A program made the translations under genes and the position numbers. 64,000 nucleotides of DNA from Phoronis australis (taxonomy: Eukaryota; Animalia; Phoronida), in NCBI GenBank assembly GCA_002633005.1, contig NMRA01000368.1:1-64000 (forward strand), in the 5' to 3' direction. The notes beneath the pieces are model-generated. The model saw only the letters and a list, made by a program, of their open reading frames with translations. It did no database searches and was not told where the DNA came from. Positions 38,508 to 50,800 of the stretch are shown here, in pieces (within the stretch, counting starts at the first letter, position 1; the number at the start of each line of letters is the position of its first letter).

Positions 38508-41500
38508 CATCGATCGAGACAGAATTTGCAAGGCAAAGTTGTAAATTCCATAGAACTACAGCTTATCGACCTCATCGACCAAAAATCGAATTTTGTCATG
38601 GTCTTTTAACTGTGGCGGTCATTTTGTTTCGTCAAAAATTCAAAATTTCTTAAAGCCCGTTTATTTAAAAATGTTACCGTGTTCGAAGAGAAGCCATTGA
38701 GAATTGACAAAGTCAAGATAACGTATTATCAGAAAAGTCCTCTTTCTCCACCCGGCAGACCGTGACAGGTCTGGGGAGTGACCGAGTCTTTCTTTGCCCG
38801 ACAAACAGCCACAATTTTAGAGATAGAATTTTGATGACAAGAGTGTTATAATAATGTGCTTCAAAATTATTAGATTGTTACGTCGTCCTCAGCTCCCCCG
38901 GCTCATCCGGAGAACGCGAAATCTTAGGTTCACATGAACATGAAATCTATCCCTGACACGGCTCAGAGGACATTATTGCCGTGTAATCAGCGCTCTGATT
39001 AATAGCGGCGAGTGTGTGAACTACATAAATGCAAGACGTCCTGTGAGAGTCCTGAACGGCAAAACTCGCCTACTTTTCATTTGAGCTGCTTAAAGTTTGC
39101 AGAATGCAAGGTTCAATAAGATTGATAGAAGAAAAAACTTACCTTCTTGTGTCACCATTTTGTTTATTTTCAAAAGTGCACGTTCTGGGTGAACCAATGA
39201 CCGACTCCGTCCCGTACCAGTGCCCGAGAACATGATGATGCACGCGAGTAATTTACAAAGATAAACTTTAGACAGTTTTACATTTTTACGATAAATTAAT
39301 AATTGGTTAGCTCCCGGGATGATTTAGTTCACATTTGCGGTGCTTTACAAAAGTATCCTGCGAGTTCGTAAAACTTGCAGGATCAAAAACAGTTTCCGTC
39401 TATTCAGTTACAATATCGTGACCACTCGTATAAATGCATCTGAAGTACTTTCGTAACCTCAAATTTCTCGTCGAATGTGTTTTATATCTGCACATGTGAG
39501 AATTTTGTTCATACGGCCTAGCCGCGTTCCCACCGCCGGCACGTGGTCGCCTTGGCGTAAACTCTAAATTTTGTGAAATCCAAATTTGACAATGTACATA
39601 ATGTAATGACACAAAAAGTGTTTTAAACATTTTAAGTTAAAACTTGAATAAAGTTGCCTCGCCAAGTCAATTCTTGAACTTAAGTGCATATCGAGGTACG
39701 TTTTACCGAAAATTTTACGCTCAGTCAATCGTACTTAATCAAATACGGTCACCTTTCAATTTTTACATACACACAGTTCATTGAAGTGCTTTACGAAGAT
39801 GATCGTTAAGTACAAAACGAAAAACAGTTGAATTTTACTAACGTAGCAATCAGCAATGTATTGTTCCTAGCGGGTCGCAATTGTCTACCACCGTCTTTAG
39901 CCATGACGATGCCGTAGGCTTACGACTCGATAAAATGGGCTAAGGGTGCACTGTACTTCACGCGGTTCCTGAAACCCGCATTATGCTGATTAGCCAATAC
40001 ATGTATCTATGATAATGCAAAACGAATGTAGAATAAAACCGCTAACATGTAACAAACTTCAACAGTCTTTACATGTGTATTTGCTCCTCTAATGCAAGGC
40101 AGTCAGGGCGTTCCAGTTCCTTGCTTAACTTGGCATTGACTACAACAAATAAACTTGATTTTCCCTGACGGTCATATTGCCTTGACGATTGAAACTAACC
40201 TGTCGTGACAATTAACTTGACGGGGTTGGTTTGATGTAATAACGACCTCTCAGTTTTGTCCAAGTCTAAAAACCTTTTGATTTTGTACCAGTGAATCGCC
40301 AAAACCAAAAGCTGGTTATAGATTGGAGGCGTGGGTTTATAGACCATTTAAACATTTTGTCAAAAAGGGTAGATATGGCGGTGTTAGGGATTACCTGACA
40401 GAGATATGAATACCGTGGCCTGCGAGTGAAAGAGAGTGAGATCACGTGCTTCTCATGTACTGCATGGCGATAACTCGTGAACACTTGTGTAATCTAGCCA
40501 AACTCGCAAGAACCTATTCTTACGGACCGCAGCCACCTGAGTGTAACATGTTTGGCAAAATTGGCTTTTCATCGTAGAATAAATGTGTGCACTACTGTAC
40601 TCGACAAGATTAGGGAAAGTTTGAAAATGAAACATTTTAATTTACAGTATCTTGCTGCCCAGGTTGGTTGCTTTGATTTCCATTCTTTAAAGGTACTCCT
40701 TCCGCTTTGTTTTAGTTAAAAACTTTATCAATCCGATTTTATCGCAAGCCGGCTAGTTCAGTCGAAAGTTAAGCCCAAGTAATGCTTTTTAGCACAATTC
40801 CAAATATTTTCAAAGCTAACTCAATCTAAAATGATTTTTAGTCTAGTTTTCATTTTTTCCGCATTGCACCACAACCTAAAATGGCCGCCATAGTGAGTGA
40901 CAGCTGTTTGATTGCTTTGGTGTAGTCTTGCGACAACTGAATTGATTGTAGTATCGGTTGCTGGAACGGCGAGGATTTGCTGCGTTCCTGCTTTATCACC
41001 AAAAAGTCTCGTTTAGATGTCTGCATGATTAGAGTACTCAGTTTTTACAACAGATCCAAGGATTTACCTTAAAAATCGACAGAAGTTTTGGAAGGCCTTG
41101 GTGTTGTCTCGCCCGTCTTCTTTAGTGTAGGTGACGCTGTATGAAGTACTATGCCTTAAACACGGGAAATCATGGAACGTCCTTCACACCTACTCTGCAG
41201 AAGAAAGCAGAGACAGTACCAATGGTATCGAGAATTTCTGCCGATTTTTGAGGTTAACATTTGGATGTGTTATAAGAAGCGAGTAGTCTGTTCTTGCTGT
41301 ATGTTTACATTTTCATGTCAAACATTGATATTTTTCCATCGGAGGCGCAATTTTTAGAAAAAGGTCGTGGTTAACATAGAAGTTTTCTTGGAAGTTTCAA
41401 ACATTATGCAACTTTGGTCGAGCGGAAAACTGTGAGATTTCATTATTTTCATAAACAAAACGACTAATTTATGAAGCGTCAGACTTAATAATCCTATGTT

Positions 41501-43764
41501 TAGGATTTTGTGCTTTATTTTAAAAATGAAATGTTTATTCATCAATGTATCAGTGTAGGCCGAAAGAAAAGGGCTCACTGAGTAAGAAAAAGAAAGATAG
41601 GACATTCATTAACTTATATATAGTTCATGAAAAACGTCCGACAACATACGGTAATATCTGCCGGGCCTACTCTGATTCCGTTGAGACCACCTTGCATAAT
41701 GTCAAGCAATAAAAACGAAACATTCTTTATTTGACTAATGTTTTTTAACCTACTTCTTAAAGGTGACCAGAGAGCGACTTTCGTACTTTTTAAACGCTTC
41801 AACGAGACTGGGAAATTGTAGTGGAAAGTGGATGAAACTACTATTGTATGCACACTGGTGAATCAGACGCGCAATAGACATCAGCAATTCTGTCCTGTAG
41901 ACGTAGCTACCAGTAAAAGCTATAGCAGAGTTCAAATTTGTGTCGAGAGATATGCGGCAAGGATCACCACTGAAAGATGTGGAGACCCAGTGTCATCAAC
42001 AGAATATGCATGCTTTCAAAAAATCCTTATTCTGTAAACAATAATTTCTAAAGCTATTAAGAAGTTCTGATGAGTTTTATCAGAAATTTCTAATATCTCT
42101 GTCAAAACGCTAACGATGCCTTGACAGTTTCGTGAGAAAACGCCGTGGTAAACAAGTCACGGGGTTTGCGAAACTGTCGAGATTGGTTGCGATATTAGAA
42201 CCTTCATTTAAGGACTTCGGAATCTATTTTCTCTGTTCGGTTGGGAATCGTAGTCATTGCCCGGCCGAAGAAGTACTGCCAAATAGTAAAATTAATATTT
42301 CATGTTGAAATATTCCGAATGCAGACAGAAATAATAGCACAAAAGGGCTAATCTTTCGCAATAAAAAGTATTTTCTCCCAAAATATGTTTGTTTTGAGGC
42401 ATTGTTCTGACAAACAAACGCCAAGAACACTTTCACGAAAACTAGAACTTAGTCACAATGTGTCACACCGTGATTTCAAAGAAAACATTGTACGGAGTAA
42501 TTCGTCGTAAGTGGTAAACTGTAATTCTCTCAAACAAAACCTCAGAAACGTCAGATGTAACGTTTGCTCTTGGGGTGAGGTCGCGGTCTCCGCTCACTTT
42601 GTTTTATGATTAATTCAGTCACTGGGAAAAGCAACTCAGAAATGATCAATAGAAAGTTCTAGATTAAAAGCACATGTTTCAACAGACCCGGCCTTGCTAC
42701 CCCTCCACACAAACCAATTAGCCAGTCCACTGCATGGCATTCACTGCGGTTTGGACGAGTCAATTAAGTTTTATTATTTTCAGTATCATAAAGCTTGATT
42801 ACGTGATGACACATCTTAAAACGAGCGTGAAGAAGGAGAAAGCGTAGGTTTTAATGCATTTTAATGATCCAGGAATATTTGGATAAATAAGGAATAAAAA
42901 TGCGCGTTTCTGAGTGTATTGCATTCGTTTTGCCTCGGTGGCTTCGCAGCTCGGCCGGACTACGTCATAAAAATCGCTGGTAAAAACTGTCTATGGAACC
43001 ATAAACACATATCTAATCCAAAGCCAGCGGTAAGACGTAGTGCAAGTGGAACCCTCTTGCGTCGTGATACGCAGGATGATTGAGCGGTTATTGACAGCGT
43101 ATTGGGTTTCTATTGAGAATTCTTTGAAGACGATAGAGCCATCAGAAGCGAAAAAGTTTCACTTGAATTCTACGGAAGTTGTGCAGCAACCGCGTTTGAT
43201 GAGAATTGGACATTCGTGTGATCTGTGAGCAATTATCTGCGTATAGAAAAGGGATAGTTGCCTTTGAGAGAATAATATATGCAAGCTTTGTACGATATCT
43301 ATTGCTGATCAATGCAAGGCGGCGAATTCAAAATGCCGTTAGTCTATTGATTCCGACTTGTGTGGTGGTTCGCTCGCGGTGTCTGAATAGCCTACAGAAT
43401 AGACGTATTGTCTTACCACGCACAAGTCACATTGTAGGAGTTTTATTGGACTTTACTACGATTGTGTGGTCCCTGTTAATGTAAACTGCAAATTCCTTGA
43501 CAGAATGTCCCGAAGAACACAAGTGCTTCTTCGAACCAGCGCGATCAATCGAGATTCTACGGAAAACGCCTGATTAGTGGAGTTCTCCCTCGTTTTTGTA
43601 GAATGGTCTTTTTTTCTTGAAAACCGTGGTACTGAAATTTTATCAGCATTGTGTTGTGAGGAAAAAGTTAATCGAAAACTCGGATGTAGTTTTCGGACAG
43701 CGTGACGTATACGGTTACAGAAGTAGCACTTGATGCGAGTAAACACTATATTATCGGAAAACAA

Positions 43765-43877
43765 ATGGAGATTTTGAACATATGTCGGCGTCGGAACAGA
43801 CACAAATCAAGTGAAAACGAACTGGCAAAAATGTTACTAGGAATTTTCGTAATGATTATGGGTCTGCTGGAAGCAAG
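43765..43877 (+). CDS. Wnt10: Wnt10 coding exon 1 (N-terminus and signal peptide)
   Basis: MEILNICRRRNRHKSSENELAKMLLGIFVMIMGLLEA-AG/GTAAG; the phase-2 donor fits the exon-2 acceptor to give [15 protein letters not shown]; alternative in-frame start ATG at 43831. Confidence 0.75.
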
Positions 43878-46800
43878 GTAAGCCTGCTGTCAATCATTTT
43901 ATTAATTCCTTATTTTTTCATACTTTGGAATTGTTTTGTCATCGTAGGGTTTTACGTCGCTGCGCTTCTCAAGTGGCTGTGTGCGTTCTTCTTGTATTCT
44001 TTCGTGATATAGATACGATTGGCTCTATGTTACTATTTTTTAAAATTTAGACTCGCGTATCGTTTCCTTCTTGAAAATGTTTTCCAAAGCCATGCTAACG
44101 TTATCAGCTAACTCCCCTATCTAACATATTCTTTAACTTTAATTGAATATAGCCCCATGACCAGTACTGGAACTTTCTGGTCTTGAGAGGAATGTCTCTG
44201 AAAATAATTGAAATATCTAGTTCAACACAGGCTGAAATTTAACTGTAAACTGTTACCAGGCCTTTAGCTGTTTGGGACGGAAATGAGCCGGTGTGATTCA
44301 AATTAGTTTTCTGTTCCGATTCATGTTACTTAACCAAACTCACGGATCCGTGACGCAATGTGATAACAATCGCATACGACATTGATGAAATTCAACTAGG
44401 AACAGTTACCAGTTAACCCAATATTTACGTAGGTGATCAGATGTAAACAAACTTTATTTATGGACTTACTACGGTTGCGTCCTACATGTAGATTGTGTGA
44501 AGCGAAATGGATAACAAAGCGAAATAGGGGGTTTCATGGCCTTCACGTTGCTAATCATGTTGCTGTTATAACGAATTATGAGATGAACTAAAGAAACTGT
44601 AATACGCATCGATTAACACTACAGTTATGCGCGTAAGTTGAATCAACTCACATACATGACTCGTCGAAAACAACTATTCAGAATTATTCAATGCTTCGAT
44701 TTAAACGTGAAATTTCTTGAACTGTGTTTACTTCATACCCTGTTTACGTCAACACAGCATTTAAACGATTAGAATTATTCCGTCAATGGATAAGAAATCG
44801 AGGAAAATACATCGCCTTTAGCGTCTTACTTGAAACTTACAGCGTACTACATCTGCTTGTGAATCTATAAACCCTAGAAATATTCTAAGGTGAATACTTC
44901 CAGCGTGTTACCCAGGTGCTTGACACTGGTTTCTCATACATTTACGTTTTAAATAAGAATACAGTGAACTTTCAAGGTCTGTCCTATCGAAAAATCTGTT
45001 TAAACAAGACTCGGTGTTTTAACAGACAAATCACAGACCCGAGTATTTTTAAGTCACCTGGAACGAGCGAACAAGACTCAGGGATACAAACCCCGACCAG
45101 ATGTCGTGAATACTGGACCAGGATTTCACGAAACTCGGATACTTGAAAAATTTGGATTTGCGTACAATAATAGTTTCCATCAACGATAACTAAGACTTTG
45201 AGGACAGGGAATTTATTGAGTCATTCCGATTTTGACAAAAATAACGTGTTGAACGCCTTTTACTCAGTGAAGTCGTTTACTGAAGGAGTTTCGAAGGAGG
45301 TTGTTGATTCTGCAATGATTCTCCTCAGGTTTGCAACAGCGCCGGAAGGAGCTTTAAATCGAAATCGTGAGGTATTAGTACGCGGCCACTCCCCAAAAAC
45401 TGTGCCACTGTGTACAACTATTATGGTTTAAAAGGTATGGTTATTTTGAATCATCAAACTTACTTGAACCGTTAACTTATTTTGCAGCTTGTCAAACCGG
45501 AAGAATTACAAAACAACTCTCAAAGCTGACATAAATTGCTAAGATATGTTTACACATCTGATCAATGTTCTTTGAAAGTCATGAAACGAAGCATATTTGT
45601 GCCTTAATACTATGCAATCCAATTCATTTATGCACTTATAAAGAACCTATATACTTCAATGGGCTTGCAACGTTTCTTCTTCAAATCCTTAAACCACCAT
45701 TCGATTTATGTTGTTTTAACGGAGGCCCTCATAAAAACGTTATCATTATCCGTTTAAAACCCCTTTGTTTATCTTCGGCACTCGTCAACGCTGTATTTCA
45801 AGACATGCGAATGCAGCGCCGAGGTAATTTGAGAAAACTTCGAGGAATTCGAGATCGCCTGGCTTTTCACCAATGAGAAAGGCAATTTATTTTCGTAACC
45901 ATCAAACCTGCAGACGTATTGTCCGCTCATGACAAGGTGGTTTAGCTTATTAACCTGGTTTTTTGGATAAACATTTTCTACAAACTCCCAGGTCTCTCTT
46001 GATTGAGTCTCCTGTTTAGAAGCAATGTCCACGATTCTCAGTTACTATCATTGGCAATTGATAAACACGGACAAAAATATTCCAAGGCTTTCGGTCTGCA
46101 ATTACGCCAGGTAACAACAAAACTGTATTTGAAATAAATCAGCTGTGCAAAAAGTGGGCGTTTTTGAGAAATTATCTCGGAAAATTGCTAAAATTGTTGC
46201 CTCAGATGCTCCTTTGACGGGTCATACATGGAAGCAGCGACAGCAGATGGAATGAAATATTCCTGTGTGCCTGGAATAAATACAGGCAGACAATAAGGGC
46301 AGAAATATCGAGCGTGATAACTTTGGTCCAAGAGGTCAAATTCCTTCGCTGCATAAACCGCAGTAAAATGTTTTATTGAAAATAGTTTAAACTATTACTT
46401 CATTGGCAGTTTAACCCGTCATGCGTGACCTCTACACACCGGTATCACATACACGTAGGCTATTATTACTTTTTGAATCACCGTGAACATATCCGCGTAT
46501 CTACGTATAAAAGTTGGTTGGATTCAGTGAATTGATACATCCAAAGACAACTCGGTGGTTTTGTTCTGTCGATAACACTCCCTGTGTTCTTCCTAGGTTG
46601 TTTGGGATACAAAAACAATGCGGTTGTGTCCTGTCGATTCGTATTGTTTTAAGAGTACGGTTCTTTCCGGGTTTAACTGTAAGAGTGAACCGTGGCATCG
46701 CGTACCAAGACTGATAAGTGAAAACATCAGACAGGCTTCGTTCTTTTGAAGAGCAGGAGTCATCTCTGACGATTTTCGAATAATTAGATAAACGTAGTTC

Positions 46801-47393
46801 TTAATGTCGTACCCGTCTGATTCTTGATTTGATGAGCGATACTTCTTTACAAAGTGTACGAAACTTATGAGTGTTTCGGCAAATACACAACGGCAGAACC
46901 ATATTACGTTCCCGAAATTTTCTACAATGCGTGTGCCTTTATCGATTATATTTTGAATGGGAAATATGAATATCCTTACCCAGTAATCAGCATCGTCACG
47001 AAAGTGTTCATTGATTAAAGGGTTCATCGTTTGGCGATAGGAATAACATTCGCTAATGCCGTCTATTCAAAGGTTTTTCATTCTTTCTGAACAACAGTAT
47101 TCGAGACGTCGTTTATTTCGTACGCAGAAAAGAGAGGCTATAATAGCCATCCCGAGAACACCCCAAGTTAAGAGCGACGTAAGAGAGAGTCCGGCTTGCG
47201 AACACCCCACGTTTAGTTTTGTGACCTATCAGTCACAATGTGACGTTTGTGACCTTACTTCAGGACATCGGGCTGGGAGAAATATATCTTTTCGACTAGA
47301 TTTTTGATGGCAAACAAAAATAACCGAGAGGCTGTTTTGTGTCGAAAGTCGAAGCAATTAAAAGATCGCCCTGATAGCAAGTAGCAGCATATG

Positions 47394-47843
47394 TTAATAA
47401 AAACAACAACGGATTTAAACCGGCTTGGCATGTTTCGGTGTCGTTTATTGAAACACCATCATCAGAAGAAGAAAAAAATACACATTGGCCACCTTGCTGG
47501 GCCCAACAACAAGTAATGAAACACAGACACGGTCAGTTACAGGGAATAACAATAAACTAGACTAACAATGACAACCTGTAGTGTGCTAGTTGCCTATATT
47601 GAGAATGGGGTTGCACCAACTGATGGGTAGAGCCTCACGAATTTTAAGCTCCTTTGTTGTTTCTCCTTGGTCTATTATAGCAAAGTCATTGAAGGAGAAT
47701 TGCTGATAACAACGATTGGAACTCTGCAAATGAATATTAATATGTAAACTTCTGTCAAAATTTAGATGTTCCCTGGTCCGGGTTTTCAATAAACGACACC
47801 GAAACATGTCAAACCGGCTTAAATCCGTTGCTGTTTTTATTAA
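47394..47843 (-). mobile_element. Penelope-like retroelement 3' fragment with inverted terminal repeat
   Basis: GIY-YIG C-terminal motif FAIIDQGETTKELKIREALPISWCNPILN*; ~60-bp inverted repeat 47394-47453 vs 47784-47843. Confidence 0.8.
47424..47468 (-). ncRNA. Minimal type-I hammerhead ribozyme motif (Penelope-associated), cleavage triplet mutated
   Basis: ctt-CTGATGA-t-GGTGT-ttcaataaacg-ACACC-GAAA-catg-cc-aag: conserved core, 5-bp stem II, minimal stem III, 3-bp stem I; GCC instead of GUC. Confidence 0.65.
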
Positions 47844-50800
47844 TTCCTTCAAACCCTTTAAAGTTTGCACATGCGCAGATAGGAAACACCTCCAAAGGAA
47901 ATATGAAACTTTGGATATGCCCGAGGTGTTCCGGATGTCAAAGCGAACACTACCGCAGTTCGGAGGATTCACATGAGTTGCCGGACAGAAATAATGAGTC
48001 AGCAAAAATTAATACTGTGCTAACTCACGGCAAACTATTTGGGTGCCAAATTTTTTTTGTTACCACAAAATGTAGGTTTCTGTGCCCGGTTGCATGAAAC
48101 AGTCCCAAATACGCACTCGAATTTCCTAAATCTACTGCGTGTTTGTGGATTTGTAAAAACACTAATTGTCCTTTCTTATGCCGTTTTAGTTTCTTCTTTT
48201 AACCAATTTTTGACATTGGTACAATCCGAGAGTCAGATCTACTTTGAATTCTCATTATTATCGAAAATAAGTAGAGACCCTTTCATGTAACGCCCACTAA
48301 GGACTAAGTCTTTATTTATTTCCAGTAACGGAGAGTTCCGTAATATATTATATTATATTATTAGAAAATCCCATTAGTCAAAGAGGAGCTTATAATAAAG
48401 ATATAATTTAAGAAAAAGATTACATCTGTGAGTGAAGAACAACACTAGTATGCAAAAGATTTAGTGAACTTGAGTCTCAGGCAACATGGCTATGAAAACA
48501 TAGTCACGATGTCAACTGTAAACTACAACACATTTTATTTTTGAATGCCTAGTTTTCAAATTTAAGTTTAAGTTAGCATCTATATGTCAGCTTTATTTGT
48601 TTTCCTTATCGATATGTATTGTCTTCGGTTTTGTTTCAGTCAGAAGGTCATTTTTCCAACCGGTTATATCAAATGTTTAAAATAGTCTCTGGGTTCAGAT
48701 TTCTCATAATGTTTTAAAGCATTTAATAACCCCACCTAAATACAAGTTTAACTAACGACGCTTAATTGCTCGTTTCGTTTTAACAGTTCTGGACACCTGT
48801 TGCCTCTGGAACCAGCAGTCGATGGTACGAATGAACTGTAGTAAAACCCCTAAACCTAATCGAAATTGAAAAACCAAAGCACACGAACCCGTTAACAATT
48901 TGAGATCACAGGTCGAACATGAAAAATATTCGGATGTGCTCATACAATTTAATTGTGGTGTAAACATTAACAAATATACCGTGGGTCTACACGTTATTTT
49001 TAAGCGTGCGCCTTTGAAGGACATGGCGTCAAAGTTGTCACAAAAATATTCTTTTACTGCTTCGTAAAGAAAACACATTTTAGAAATATTTTAAGATATC
49101 GTCTAATTTTCTTTCTTTATATAGAACATGAAATGCGTTTTGGCAACTGAAAGACGTTGTTTTAAACCATGTTTGTTAAATTCAAGCCTGTATGTATTAG
49201 CATTCAGTGTTCAAATGCACGGCGTGGTGGTCATAAAAATTCAGTTAAGTTTCAAAATTATTTTGTTATCACTATGTTATCACTAATTTTGAAAGGGAGA
49301 TAACCACAGTATAGTTTCGTCGAATAGTCTTAGCACTTTAGCTAGAAATTCCATCTTACGCTCCACACAACTATTTCCAAAAATAATGTCATCCAATTTC
49401 AGCCAGGAACCAAGTCTCCGAGAATATTTCCATAACTGCTGATTATTCATATATTTTAAATAAAGTGCTGCTATAATGTGATGCATATAAGAACTTCATT
49501 CAATGATGGCGAGGTGGGAGCTGAAAATAATTTCCGACTTTTCATTAAATGGGCACGGGTGTTACTTCATAACATAGTAACAGTACGAAGCAATCTAAAT
49601 AGCGATTAAAAATCAACAAATATTATTTTTGGTGAGTAATTTTACTAAATTAAAGAGAAATTTTAATAAGTATAGAGAAGTTTTCCAAAGCGTAATTCTT
49701 ATTGTACACGACACTGCATGCTAACTGCAGTGTACTAAGTGTTGAATTACTGTACTGAGACAAGGAAGCAAACACCTGAGCGGCATGTCCACGGGTGAGA
49801 AACAACATGTTTTGGGTCCGTCGGTGATGTAGTTTCTCACCCGTGATATCATTGGATGCTGCTTGCTCTGTACACAGAGTGGAATGTGAAAAAACAGAGA
49901 AGTGGAAGAGGGCTCCGGACAGAAGTCACGGCCGTCACGGCTGTGTAAAATTCTTAAACTTATATTTATTGCAAACTTGACGCCTTTCTCAAGAAAAACA
50001 TGGTGATTCTATATATGACCAGGATAGGCTGTTCAATCAGGGCTGCGTTCCGTAGACACAAGAAACTCGCGAAAACGCAAGATGACGTAAATGTTGTCAT
50101 GTATTACAACCGAGGCTCCTGACCACTCTTGCTTACCGGTATTCGTGAGTGGCTTAGGTAAACGGTACACGCCCAAGGAGCTTAGTGTAACAGGCCCTGC
50201 TTTGTGGCTCAAGCATGCAGTGTCTGATGTACATGTATGTCAGACAGTCTGCAGTCTTTAATGAGTGGAAAGTCTGGTGCGAAAATGGTCTTAGTCGAAA
50301 TTTATTTCCTTTAATTTAGCGTTAAACGCTGCGTGCTACCCTCGAGGTGTGTTGCCTCCAAAGTTTCCTTCAAGCTATCATCCTACCACGAAACATCCCG
50401 TGGGGTACTACTATATCGCATAAAATGGTACTATATTCACCCACGGCAATAATTTATTTTCACCTTGCAGTGAGCTCGGGGGTATAGCACGATAATTCCC
50501 GTGATTTTATACTATGACTATAACCGCGAGGCATCAGTGACCAGTTAAACCCCTGAGGCGTTGCCGAACATTCTTGCAAATCCTCGCTGTGATAGTAAAC
50601 TATTTGATGTTGTGAATCAGCAGAAGTTCAAAACTGTATTCTCACAGTGTGAATGAAAATGAAATCAGAATTTTGCCCGAAGCGCTTTTGATATCTGGTC
50701 ATCTGGTATGAATGGAGTAAAATGGCGATTTTTAAAATCAGAGGGCAAGTTCAATCTGAAGGTAATCTATTTTGCCTGCGTTTTTGAAGATGGAAAAAGC

